Assembly: GCA_965200245.1 (NCBI GenBank) | Contig: CBDATS010000005.1 | Coordinates: 768,001-832,000 of the forward strand | Reading direction: 5' to 3' | DNA length: 64,000 bases | Origin: a bacterium | Lineage (GTDB): Bacteria > UBA8248 | Part shown: piece by piece, positions 54,978 to 64,000 of the stretch | Numbering within the stretch: position 1 is the first letter of the stretch | Layout: each line of letters opens with the position of its first letter | Program-made: the position numbers and the translations under genes | Notes under the pieces: model-generated | Told to the model about the DNA's origin: nothing | Seen by the model: only the letters and a program-made list of their open reading frames with translations | The model's database searches: none

Positions 54978-55810
54978 GGAACCTCTCCCCAAGACCGATT
55001 CAGGATTTCATCCGGGACTATCAGATTCCAGCCTTTCACCAAACGACAACCTCTGGGTCTGCCTCGCGTCAAATGGTGGGGTTGCCTCGGGCGCAGCTTG
55101 CGTAAGCTATCGAGATGGGTCTCCTCCACCATCAAAGACTCCCTGTGCTGTTCCAGGAAAAACCCCACCTTTGCGGCGGTGGTCGCATTCTCCAACAGGC
55201 GGGTGTACTTGATGACCTGTTCCAGATCGAAGAACTCCACCGATTCCAGGGACCGCCATATCTCTTCCCAGGTTCCCGTCAGGTCCGGCCGATCCAGCGC
55301 ATCGACCATGGTTCTTTCGTGGCTGGTTACCCGGAGTTTCACGCCGGATCGCATATGGCGGGTGACTCCGAACATCTCCTCTCCTTTCGCCAGCAGCGGC
55401 GGTGGTACCGGCGCGCGCCGGAACTCGTGGGATTGAAACGTGAGTGGAAGCGACTTGGTCGCCGAAACGTAAACCAGCCGCCAATGGACCGAGTATGCCC
55501 TCCCGTGGAACTCCAGAGCCGTGTGGTAGCCCAGTACAGCGTCCCCGGTCACCTTGGCCGCCACCAGGAATGGATCGACCGGTGCGGTTTCGGGGTCCAT
55601 GCCCCAGGGAACCGTTGCATACAGGCCGCGACGCACATGGACGATCCGGCCTTGCTTGCGGTGGTAGGCCAGCAGCGAATTGCGGGTGTGGGTGTTTCCG
55701 GATCCACGCTCGGACAGGAAACGGTCCAGTTCGTCCATCGTGAACACGGCGTGCCGGGCCAGGAATTCATTGAGTCTTATGAAATTGTTTTTTTGATTAT
55801 CAGTCGACAT
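54974..55810 (-). CDS. AbiEi-family type IV antitoxin / transcriptional regulator
   Basis: N-terminal wHTH (VRRGLY), LGYHTALEFHG, VTSHERTMVDALDRPDL.G; translationally coupled to the toxin. Confidence 0.85.
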   Translation of the reverse strand: MSTDNQKNNFIRLNEFLARHAVFTMDELDRFLSERGSGNTHTRNSLLAYHRKQGRIVHVRRGLYATVPWGMDPETAPVDPFLVAAKVTGDAVLGYHTALEFHGRAYSVHWRLVYVSATKSLPLTFQSHEFRRAPVPPPLLAKGEEMFGVTRHMRSGVKLRVTSHERTMVDALDRPDLTGTWEEIWRSLESVEFFDLEQVIKYTRLLENATTAAKVGFFLEQHRESLMVEETHLDSLRKLRPRQPHHLTRGRPRGCRLVKGWNLIVPDEILNRSWGEVP

Positions 55811-56304
55811 AATACCAATAAATTTAACTGTATTTAAGATATTTATCAATAATTGGATGATAAACGGTCGAGATAAGAGGAATTTTATTAGTATTTGTCC
55901 ATTGATTCGTCAAGAAGCTGAATCCGCCTTACCGACCGCCCGTTTTCAGGCGGCAGGAGGATTTTCAACGGCCCTGGAATCCTTGTAATTTTTTGAAACT
56001 ATTGCAGGTAGTAGTTTTTCGAGCTTCGTTGGGGAGTTGTTAATCTGCAATATGCAATCAAAACGAAAGCGACCCAATACAAACTCTCGCAGATTCCGGG
56101 CAATTTCTGGCATTCTCGAAAAGGACAAAAGTGAAAACCTGGTGGTCCCGATGCGTCAATGTTTCATAGCCAGACATCGCGATTTTCCATCTAGCTCTGT
56201 CCGATTGAAATAATGAAATATAGTCAAGAGAAAAAAACTTTGAAGTAGTATACAAAATGGCATACAATCCGCCGAGTACCAGACTTATTCCAATGATTAC
56301 AGTG

Positions 56305-56911
56305 CTTTAGGCTGAAGTTCCCTGACTATCACGGGCTATCCCATTGATTATGCGGATTGTTTCGATGAATCAGGAGCTGGTTACCGGGAACAGGATTACA
56401 ACGGCACCCAAATCCAGCGTGTCGGCCAGCGAATCCCGCGCCGTGGCCCTGGCAGGACCCGGGCAGTGGCTGGCCCGGACCCCGGATCGGGTACCCGGGC
56501 GACGATTATCGCCACCACGCGGTCACGCGCGCAGGAGCGCCGGGGGCGATGATCCGCTCCAGACCCGGCTTCCGCAGTGTGCCGGGCACTGCGGCGACAT
56601 GGCCGTGGGGTCGGGAACGCACGATGTCGAAGGCATCGTCCAACCAACAGGGGGTTCGTTCCGCAGCAGACGGCGCAGGGTGTCGGTCCTGCTTTGGGGC
56701 CATTTCGGGAGGTTGGCCAGCGTGCGTTTTCTGACTTTCCCGCCCTCACGCCATCCTTCGCGCAACAGGATGGCAGGCGGTGAATTCCGGTTGGGAACGG
56801 TTTCGATGTACATGGGAACGGCATTTCTGTTCCCGCCCGCAATATCCCCCATGAAATCAATCGCCTGAACCCAAAATCAACACGAAATCATCGGGGAACT
56901 TCAGTCTAAAG
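56305..56911 (-). mobile_element. Internally deleted IS1634-family element (MITE-like)
   Basis: Inverted ends ctttaggctgaagttccc (56305-56322) and gggaacttcagtctaaag (56894-56911), 17/18 match; frameshifted transposase N-terminus from ATG 56813 MYIETVPNRNSPPAILLREGWREGGKVRKRTLANL...PHGHVAAV. Confidence 0.85.
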
Positions 56912-57013
56912 ACGAAAAACGCTTGATGCCTGTGCCCGATTCCCGTAGTTGCAGTTTAGGCAAATTTCCATGTTGGAATATGATGACCTGTTTCGCCCGC
57001 AGATTCTCCTATC
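56906..57013 (+). repeat. ~110-bp diverged direct repeat, copy 2
   Basis: About 85% identical to 53761-53869 by manual alignment. Confidence 0.9.
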
Positions 57014-57265
57014 TCGACGGCCACTCTTATATCACTCGCGTCGAACTCCCTAGTCAAAACCGATTTTTCTTCCACCGGAACCAAAGGCACACTCGTCGTC
57101 ATCCGCCTTGAGACGCGCGTATGCATGCATACGAAGCGAGTCGGCTCGCGCTCGTCGAATTCCTGAAAATACCGAAAGCCTCAAAGCGGGCCTGAACAGT
57201 TTTCGGGAAGTGCTGGCGGGATTGGAACGAATGGGAGATAGAACCTAGAGAGATGAAACCTCGGA

Positions 57266-57559
57266 CTATGGGAGGATTTCAAGACCTTGGAGATGTTCTT
57301 CATATTTCAGTTGAGTCATACCGCAATCGACCAACCCCACAAACTCGCTTTTCGATAATTTACATTGCTTGGCCATATTAACCAACAACGAATCACCTAT
57401 AGATTTGTAGCTGGTACCCCTGCTCAAAAAAGTCATAATTCCAGATTTGACACCCGATGATGTGTAGTAGATTAAACAGATGTGTTTTTGTCCTTCTCTT
57501 TCGCGAAATCCTTTTCTGCAAAGATTTTTTTGGATTTTACTACGTTCTCGTTGCACCAT
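57266..57559 (-). CDS. HicA-like toxin (putative dsRBD-fold RNase)
   Basis: Small basic protein: L.RKGF.E..G.KH..L...T.LSRG...IG.SLL.NMAKQCKLSK.EF; 2 nt downstream of a HicB-like gene. Confidence 0.6.
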   Translation of the reverse strand: MVQRERSKIQKNLCRKGFREREGQKHICLIYYTSSGVKSGIMTFLSRGTSYKSIGDSLLVNMAKQCKLSKSEFVGLVDCGMTQLKYEEHLQGLEILP

Positions 57560-57561
57560 TA

Positions 57562-57973
57562 TTATTCAAATGTCTTGAGCAATTGTACCTTGAGTTGCTG
57601 TGCCTGAGGCGTCATCTTCTCATCCTCACACAAGACAAACTCTTCCCAGAGAATGGCAATCTGCTCATGCACGATAATGCTTAGATCCTCAATGGTATCG
57701 GCATAAACAGAAAGCCCTAAACCTTCATTCTCTACCCTGTAATATGGCTTCGATTTAGAACGAATGAAATGCAACACAAGAACGGATTGCCGGGGGGAAA
57801 TGGTATTCCCATTTTCAAGAAATACTTCTTTCACTTCAATGCTGAGGGATGAGGTTGGAGTATCCGACGTATCAAGAGTACTCTGTTTCCATCTTCCAGG
57901 GGGGGGGGGCAAAAGAGCACGAACTTATAGGTTCGCTCGCTGAGATATTCACATCCAATGCTGTGATATTCAT
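57562..57973 (-). CDS. HicB-like antitoxin, frame disrupted by a G11 tract (57899-57909)
   Basis: C-terminal YYRVENEGLGLSVYADTIEDL...EQIAILWEEF resembles the HicB partial RNase H fold; the SD-preceded ATG 57973 is out of frame by 1 nt at the poly-C run. Confidence 0.55.
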
Positions 57974-57981
57974 AGAGGCTG

Positions 57982-58239
57982 TCACCTTTGTCGCAATGAT
58001 GGATGCGACTGAACTACTCTTACCGCATTATGACTCTGGATGACATAAACGGGATGACCATCATTGTCCCATTGATTTTTTAATCGGACAATACCGGTAA
58101 CAACGAGTTTGGCTCGCAAGGTAGTCCCATCATCAAGGGTATATTCACTCATTTTCTCCTGCGAATTGACAATTGGAATATCTACTCCTTTTATTTTTTT
58201 CCCATCGGGGCCTGAGATTTCAACTTCATGATGTTCCAT
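57982..58239 (-). CDS. Hypothetical protein (SEYTLDDGT...DGHPVYVIQS), first gene of the module
   Basis: Strong GAGGAGG RBS; 85-aa ORF closely spaced with the next gene. Confidence 0.65.
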   Translation of the reverse strand: MEHHEVEISGPDGKKIKGVDIPIVNSQEKMSEYTLDDGTTLRAKLVVTGIVRLKNQWDNDGHPVYVIQSHNAVRVVQSHPSLRQR

Positions 58240-58644
58240 TTATTCCTCCTTTACAGTAAAACCAAACTTCTTTTTCGGGTGGAGATATTCTGCCCCCATT
58301 TACTCTCACACTATCACGTTGCTTTACCATTGCAAAAATACGGGAACTTGCCCTACCCGATTCACCCGCCCAAGCTTTCAGAACATAGGAGATGTCCCGG
58401 AGCCGCAACAAAACCGCATGTGCTCCTCGAACTCTTCCGCCAAGCGCGATTTGACCTCGCCAATGCCTTCGGAGCACAGCAGAACCAAGGGTGACACGTC
58501 AAATTGATAGATGCGAGCCTTTTCCAAATCAATCTGCAAGGGTTCGATTGTTTCAGTATGGTTGATAGAAACCTTGTCAACAAAATAGTCGACTACAAGG
58601 AATCGTTACCGCCAATAAATCGATAAACACTCAGGTACAGGCGT

Positions 58645-58859
58645 TCAAGTCAACTTGAGGATGGTGACAGCTATGGCCGCAACGCAATTCCGAACTCGTA
58701 TATCTTGATTTCCAAATCCCTCAGTTCGGCGCGGAGTATTTCTTTCGCTGCAAGGTCATTCTGACCCGAACCTATCGCTGCGGTAATAGCCTCGGCCTGC
58801 CGTTCACCAAGACCCGCTTCCTGAAGAACTTTGATGGTAGCACGAGTATCGAAACTCAT
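58645..58859 (-). pseudogene. DUF1640/CCDC90-like coiled-coil membrane protein, frameshifted
   Basis: MSFDTRATIKVLQEAGLGERQAEAI...LAAKEILRAELRDLE; TM tail VAAIAVTILKLT* lies in a shifted frame. Confidence 0.65.
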
Positions 58860-59560
58860 AATGCGCAAATGTCATTATGGGCGAAAGGGACATGCAACCG
58901 ACTTTTGGGTGATGATTTTCGAGTTGTGCCACCGAGGTGCCTGTTGCATCCGGGCCTCACGTTCCCCGGCATTCTCCGCCATTACCCTGTCCGCGTGATG
59001 CTCCACCAGATTCTCTCAACTCACGTTTACACGAATCAAGAAGTACCCACGTGACTCGCTTCGGCTTTTACCACCTTCTCGCGAACGGCTGTCAGTTCTG
59101 TCTATTGGCCTTTTACGAAGGCGTCGCAATGGGCACTTCCCGATACGACGGGAAACGCCACACTCAGCTTCTTGGGAAGTCTGGGCAACGGCGTGAAATC
59201 AGGTGAGCGGGCTGGCATACGCCTAGTGAATGAACAGAAGTTGCAATGAATCCGCTTGTGTTTTGATTACTGATTTTGAGAGCCCAATTTTCCATCGCTC
59301 AAGAAAATGAGCTTTTGAAAATGATATCAATATGTTACGGAGTGCCGCAAATCGCGAAAACGGACTCACAACTCCTGGTTTCTGAATTAATCGCTAAAAA
59401 TGGGAGCCATAAAGATGTTTTGACAAAATTTCCGTAAACTGGACCGACAAAAAAAGGAAAGCCGCCGGAGGTTATTCCCTCGACACGATGATGTATATTG
59501 GACGCATAGACGCCCGCATGAAACTTGCGAATGCGACAAAACGAGAGGAGATGCGAGCAA

Positions 59561-60280
59561 ATGCCGCAGATTATTGACCTGTCCATGCCCGTTCACATGT
59601 GGATGGAACGCTACCCGGGCACACCACAACCCGTCATTCAACTGATCGAGACCACATTCGAGTCCGCAAAACGCATCGGAACCGACAAGATGGGCTTCCC
59701 AGAGTTGTTCGCCCACAGCGTGTGCATATTCAGCGAGCATTGTGGTACCCACATCGACGCGAGAAGCCACGGCGGCATGAACGATTCGTGGTCCGAGGAC
59801 ATTCCGCTGGAGAAGTGCTACGGGCCGGGCCTGAGGCTTGAAATGCGTCACAAAAAGCCAGGCCAGTCAATTGAAATCAATGACCTGAAAGACGCTCTCG
59901 TGAAGGAGAACTACTCGATTCAAGGCGGAGAAATCGTCTTTCTCTGGACCGGGGCGGCAACCTATAACGACGAGCCGCGCTATTTGACGGATCATCCCGG
60001 TATGGTGCACGAAAGCGCCGAGTGGCTCATCGATCAGGGTGTGTGCGTCATGGGTATCGACGCGCCGGGATTCGATTTGCCCATCAAAGAGATGCTGGAG
60101 AGAAAAGACCCCTGGCCGTGTCATCGCCTCTTCCAGACGCGCGAATACTGGCACATCGAGAATCTCTGCAATCTGGACAACATCCCCGTCGCCCACGGAT
60201 TCACGGCCAGCGTCTTGCCGCTTCACTGGCAAGGCGCCACGGGGACGCACATCCGCGCCGTCGCCATCGTGAACGAGTAG
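59561..60280 (+). CDS. Cyclase family protein (kynurenine formamidase-like)
   Basis: IIDLSMP, HCGTHIDARSH, GIDAPG.D, HIENL, IRAVA. Confidence 0.9.
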   Translation: MPQIIDLSMPVHMWMERYPGTPQPVIQLIETTFESAKRIGTDKMGFPELFAHSVCIFSEHCGTHIDARSHGGMNDSWSEDIPLEKCYGPGLRLEMRHKKPGQSIEINDLKDALVKENYSIQGGEIVFLWTGAATYNDEPRYLTDHPGMVHESAEWLIDQGVCVMGIDAPGFDLPIKEMLERKDPWPCHRLFQTREYWHIENLCNLDNIPVAHGFTASVLPLHWQGATGTHIRAVAIVNE

Positions 60281-60287
60281 TTTCCCC

Positions 60288-61340
60288 GTGACCTCCCCCC
60301 TTTCGAGAGAAACCGTAAAGGCGAGAAGACTGGTGCTCCCCTTCATTGTCTTCTCGATCTCGCTCCTCATCGGGCCAATCTTCACCACCGAGACCACCCA
60401 TGCCGCGAAACCGTCAAATCCGTTGAAATCGAACGCGGATATTGATCGTGAAACACGGGTCAGGCTGTATCAGCGCACGCTCCGGAGTTACCTCTCGTCC
60501 GATCCATATCCCCTGATTGACCTGGAAATCTCACTCGACCACTGGAAGACCCCCGTACAACTCATCGAGGGCATGAATCGAGCGGGCGTAGCACTCGGCG
60601 CAGTCACCTCGGCGAGAGAGGAGACGATCAAAAAGGCGCTCCAGCGCTACCCCAATCGGTTGATTCCGCTCACCACCTCGGCGACTGAAAAAGACTGGAT
60701 GCAAACCGGTGAGGGATATTTGTCCGACATCAAACGACAACTCGCAGGCGGCGCATTCGGTATCGGGAAAATCACCTGGCGGCCTGTGCCAACCAACAAG
60801 GCGCAGGCGAGGCGGGCCGGAGAGTCTCTCAGAACGATTATTCGTCTGGCGACGACGAAAAAAAGTTTCCTTTTGCTCGACATGTCTCCTGATGACGATG
60901 CTCTGGAAATGCTCGAGCGACATTTGAGGGCATCCCCTGAGGCAAAGGTTATCTGGACGCAAGCGGGCAGGATGCGGAATCCAGGCGCTCTTCCCGGCTA
61001 CGGGCACGGCCTTCTCCGGGCGCTCAGCATGAGGCACACAGGTCTTCTCTTCACCCTTACCCAAGACCCGCCGACAAGCGCGGGGCGGACCGATGAGCGG
61101 AAAAATCACCTCTACGATCCGGGAAGGGCGTTCTCCCGTGAGTGGAGGGCCTTGCTCGAAGCGCGCGTAGGTCATTTTACAGTCGGGAACGATTCCTCCC
61201 CGGCCACCCCGTCGAAATATGCCGCAGAAACGCTCCATTTCCGCAGAAACATGCTTGAAAAAATAAGCCCGGCAGCCAGGAGGATCATCGCCTACAAAAA
61301 CGCATGGCATATCATCACGAACAGGCACTGGAATCCTTGA
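60288..61340 (+). CDS. Exported amidohydrolase-fold protein lacking the usual metal ligands
   Basis: N-terminal hydrophobic segment; YPNRLIP, FGIG, EWRALLE, F.VGND, IAYKNA resemble Amidohydro_2. Confidence 0.55.
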   Translation: MTSPLSRETVKARRLVLPFIVFSISLLIGPIFTTETTHAAKPSNPLKSNADIDRETRVRLYQRTLRSYLSSDPYPLIDLEISLDHWKTPVQLIEGMNRAGVALGAVTSAREETIKKALQRYPNRLIPLTTSATEKDWMQTGEGYLSDIKRQLAGGAFGIGKITWRPVPTNKAQARRAGESLRTIIRLATTKKSFLLLDMSPDDDALEMLERHLRASPEAKVIWTQAGRMRNPGALPGYGHGLLRALSMRHTGLLFTLTQDPPTSAGRTDERKNHLYDPGRAFSREWRALLEARVGHFTVGNDSSPATPSKYAAETLHFRRNMLEKISPAARRIIAYKNAWHIITNRHWNP

Positions 61341-61467
61341 TTGGTGAAATCCACCTAAATTCGTTGCATCCAGCCGAGCACATGGGGATAATGCCGGTTT
61401 TATTGGCTGGAATACCCAAGACAAATCAGTTCCCAACATAAACGCTAACGCGCAAGGAGTTCGCCTC

Positions 61468-62616
61468 ATGTACAGCATACGCCACCCGAAAAGGACCTGG
61501 TTTGGCCTCGGAACAATCTCGAAGATGAAGGACGAAGCGGAGTTTCTGGGCGCTCGAAGCGCGCTTTTTTTCACGGACAAGGGCGTGAGAGGCGCAGGCG
61601 TAGCGGACATGGCGCTGGCCCCCCTGGAGGAGGCAGGCGTCGAAGTCACGATATATGATGAATGCCCACCCGAACCCGCCATCGGCGACCTCGAAAATGC
61701 CTTTTCGGAATTCAGAAGTGCCTCTTTCGACCTCGTCGTCGGGGTCGGCGGCGGCAGTTCGATGGACATGGCCAAATCGATCGGCGTGTTGCTGGGAAAC
61801 GACGGTGCGCCCAGGGATTATCTGGGAATAGAACTCGTGCCGAAACCGGGCCTTTCCACGATTCTTGTTCCCACCACGAGCGGAACCGGTGCCGAAGCTA
61901 CACCCAACGCTATCTTCTCGGTGCCGGAAGAGCAGGTGAAACTGGCCATCGTGAGTACGCACGTCATTCCCTTCGCCGCTATCGTCGACCCGAAACTCAC
62001 GCTTTCTGCACCGCCGAAAGTCACCGCGGCCGCGGGCGTGGATGCCTTCACGCACTGCCTGGAAACCTACGTGGCCAGAAACGCGACTCCTCTCAGTGAG
62101 ATATACAGCCTGAAGGGAATGAAACTCATCGCCGGTTCCTTAAGGCGTGTGTGCGCCGATGGCAACGACATCGAGGCCAGAACTGACATGGCACTTGGTT
62201 CTTACTATGGTGGAGTGGCGCTCGCCGGAGCCGGGGCGGGTGCCATTCATGCCCTGGCGTATCCACTCGGCTCGCGGTTTCATATTCCGCACGGGGTCAG
62301 CAACTCACTCATGTTCTCTCACGTTATGAAGGAAAACCACGCGGCGGCACCTGAAAAATTTGCCCGTATCGCCCAAATACTGGGTGAATCCATCGATAGC
62401 GTGTCCCAAGAAGAGGCGGCAGCACTTTCCGTCGGCGCAGTAGAGAAACTCTGCCGCGACTGCGGGGTGCCCACCAGGCTCGGTGAAGTGGATGTCCCCG
62501 CCCACGCAATCCCGGAACTGGCCGAAGCAGCCTTCAAACTCGAACGTCTCTTGAACTGTAACCCCAAGGAACTCACGCTTGAGGATATCGAGAGAATCTA
62601 TCGAGCCGCGGCCTGA
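61468..62616 (+). CDS. Iron-containing alcohol dehydrogenase
   Basis: GGGSSMD, PTTSGTGAE, DAFTHCLE, HALAY, HIPHG. Confidence 0.93.
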   Translation: MYSIRHPKRTWFGLGTISKMKDEAEFLGARSALFFTDKGVRGAGVADMALAPLEEAGVEVTIYDECPPEPAIGDLENAFSEFRSASFDLVVGVGGGSSMDMAKSIGVLLGNDGAPRDYLGIELVPKPGLSTILVPTTSGTGAEATPNAIFSVPEEQVKLAIVSTHVIPFAAIVDPKLTLSAPPKVTAAAGVDAFTHCLETYVARNATPLSEIYSLKGMKLIAGSLRRVCADGNDIEARTDMALGSYYGGVALAGAGAGAIHALAYPLGSRFHIPHGVSNSLMFSHVMKENHAAAPEKFARIAQILGESIDSVSQEEAAALSVGAVEKLCRDCGVPTRLGEVDVPAHAIPELAEAAFKLERLLNCNPKELTLEDIERIYRAAA

Positions 62617-62618
62617 AG

Positions 62619-63395
62619 ATGTCCATCCAAACGTCCACTTTCCGTAAACTGCGCCCGCTGATGGACATCTCCCCCGGCGACATGATCTGCGTCATGGGTG
62701 CCGGCGGAAAAGCCACGCTTATGAAACGCCTCATTCGGGAGATGCTTGATGAACCGTTTCCCGTCATCATCACAAGCACGACGAACCTCCACGCTCTGGG
62801 TGGCGAAGATGCACCGCCCGTTCTGTTGAGCGAGGAGGGTCGCGCCGAGTGGCGATCCGTCGCCCGGGACTGGTCCGGTCGCGGTGCCGTTGTCTGGGTG
62901 GAAAAAAAACTGCCCCAGAATATGTTTCGTGGCCTCGAGGCGAAACAGGTGGAAAAGCTGTATGCCTCGGGCTTTCAGGGAGTGCTGGTCGTAAAAACAG
63001 ACGGCGCGAGGAAACGTCTCATCAAGGCTCCGGGACCGGATGAGCCAATCGTTCCCGAAGGTGCGACACACTGTGTACTGGTGCTGGGTCTAGCTGCAAT
63101 TGGACAAACAGCGGATCAGCGAATCGTACATCGTATGGAGAAGGTACGCGTCACCTCAGACCTGGAGACCGGGGAAATTATCGAAGCACACCATCTGGTG
63201 AAATTGGCGAGTCATCCGGAAAGTTATCCGAATCGGCTTCCGAAAAGCACAAAGCGGATACTCTATCTGAGCCATTGCACCTCGCAAAAGGCGTTTGAGG
63301 ACGCGCAGGTGATTTTCGAATCCATCCCCGAAGGCATATACGACATTATGATCGCGGGAGATTCAGTCGCAGGGCTTTTCTATCGCAGGGGGTGA
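62619..63395 (+). CDS. yqeC: Selenium cofactor / Se-dependent molybdenum hydroxylase accessory protein YqeC
   Basis: GAGGKATL, TSTTNL, DGARKRLIKAP..DEP.VP, VHR. Confidence 0.75.
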   Translation: MSIQTSTFRKLRPLMDISPGDMICVMGAGGKATLMKRLIREMLDEPFPVIITSTTNLHALGGEDAPPVLLSEEGRAEWRSVARDWSGRGAVVWVEKKLPQNMFRGLEAKQVEKLYASGFQGVLVVKTDGARKRLIKAPGPDEPIVPEGATHCVLVLGLAAIGQTADQRIVHRMEKVRVTSDLETGEIIEAHHLVKLASHPESYPNRLPKSTKRILYLSHCTSQKAFEDAQVIFESIPEGIYDIMIAGDSVAGLFYRRG

Positions 63396-63399
63396 AACC

Positions 63400-64000
63400 A
63401 TGGTAGGCGCCGCCGTCATCAGACAAGCGCTTGAAGCCAGAAAAGATGAGATCATCGAGCAAATCGCCTACGTAGTAAATATCGACTCTCCGACGTTCCC
63501 CGGCAAGGGAACGAACGCCGTTTCCTCCCATTTTGCGGAGGAATATCATGCGATGGGGGCTGACATAGAGATGATCCCGGGTACATATGAAACGGGAGAC
63601 CATCTACTCGCTACGTTCAACGGCGCGAGAAAAAGCGGCCCCCATATATTCTTGATCGGGCACTGCGACACCGTTTTCCCGGAGGGAACCGCCGCGAAAA
63701 GACCGTTCACCATAAAAGACGGAATCGCCTACGGTCCCGGAGTAGCCGACATGAAGGGATGCCTGGTGACATGTCAATTCGTGATGGAAACGATACTCGC
63801 CGAAGGATTCGAGGAGTTCGCGAAAATCAGCATCCTGTACGATACCGACGAAGAACGCGGAAATCCCTCATCGAGAGAAGTGATAGAGCGAATCGGAAAA
63901 GACGCCGACGTCGCATTGATCATCGAGTCGGGCCGCGCGAACGGTTCCATCGTCTCCTCGCGGAAAGGAAGTTGCTACGGCAGACTAAACGTCAGCGGCG
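63400..64000 (+). CDS. M20 metallopeptidase (carboxypeptidase G2-like), runs off the window edge
   Basis: ATG 63400; VNIDSP, GHCDTVF, YGPGVADMKG, DEERG, IIESGR. Confidence 0.88.
   Translation, partial: MVGAAVIRQALEARKDEIIEQIAYVVNIDSPTFPGKGTNAVSSHFAEEYHAMGADIEMIPGTYETGDHLLATFNGARKSGPHIFLIGHCDTVFPEGTAAKRPFTIKDGIAYGPGVADMKGCLVTCQFVMETILAEGFEEFAKISILYDTDEERGNPSSREVIERIGKDADVALIIESGRANGSIVSSRKGSCYGRLNVSG

Noticed and set aside
57118-57133. Perfect 16-bp palindrome CGTATGCATGCATACG
   Set aside because: About one is expected by chance in a window this size, and it has no supporting context.
49718-58394. Shared 13-mer AACATAGGAGATG (49718 and 58382) as att sites
   Set aside because: Matches of this length are expected by chance in 64 kb; they would enclose core mrcA and no integrase is present.
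58380-58500. Fragment EGIGEVKSRLAEEF resembling an AAA-ATPase Walker A region
   Set aside because: Too short and degenerate to support a call.
58900-59200. Possible histidine-kinase tail remnant (LVEHHADRVMAEN)
   Set aside because: Weak similarity with many stops; cannot be supported by eye.

Overview
Chromosomal window from a GC-rich diderm bacterium. The lolCD-clpC-bamA-skp-lpxD-fabZ-lpxA-gfo/idh-lpxI-lpxB synteny resembles Nitrospinota/Tectomicrobia/Nitrospirota-type lineages; this is inference only. 0.1-13.6 kb: catabolic/redox genes (Tat-exported intradiol dioxygenase, CCG Fe-S protein, TcuA-like flavoprotein, two D-2-hydroxyacid dehydrogenases, AfuABC-type ABC transporter, MFS, amidohydrolase) and a hidden OsmC-family selenoprotein (in-frame TGA at the catalytic Cys position plus SECIS-like hairpin) that the ORF track splits in two. 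13.7-49.5 kb: dapA, a D,D-carboxypeptidase gene, then a long minus-strand envelope/repair cluster (HNH-uvrB-uvrC-lnt-prfB[+1 frameshift]-lysS-lolC-lolD-clpC-bamA-skp-lpxD-fabZ-lpxA-gnnA-like-lpxI-lpxB-DUF374-waaA-lpxK | lptFG inverted | gmhB-hldA-waaC-ycaR-msbA). In it the lipid A/Kdo/heptose-I genes are intact, but genes acting further out in LPS (waaF, a waaE/kdtX-like GT2, O-antigen ligase, possibly hldC) survive only as decayed remnants. 49.5-59.4 kb: AT-richer accessory zone around PBP1A with pseudogenes, an AbiEi/AbiEii type IV TA pair, an internally deleted IS1634-family element, a ~110-bp direct repeat, and a three-gene HicB/HicA-like module with a G11 tract. 59.5-64 kb: cyclase, degenerate amidohydrolase, Fe-ADH, yqeC and a truncated M20 peptidase. 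No rRNA, tRNA or CRISPR array was recognised. All calls are by eye, without database searches.
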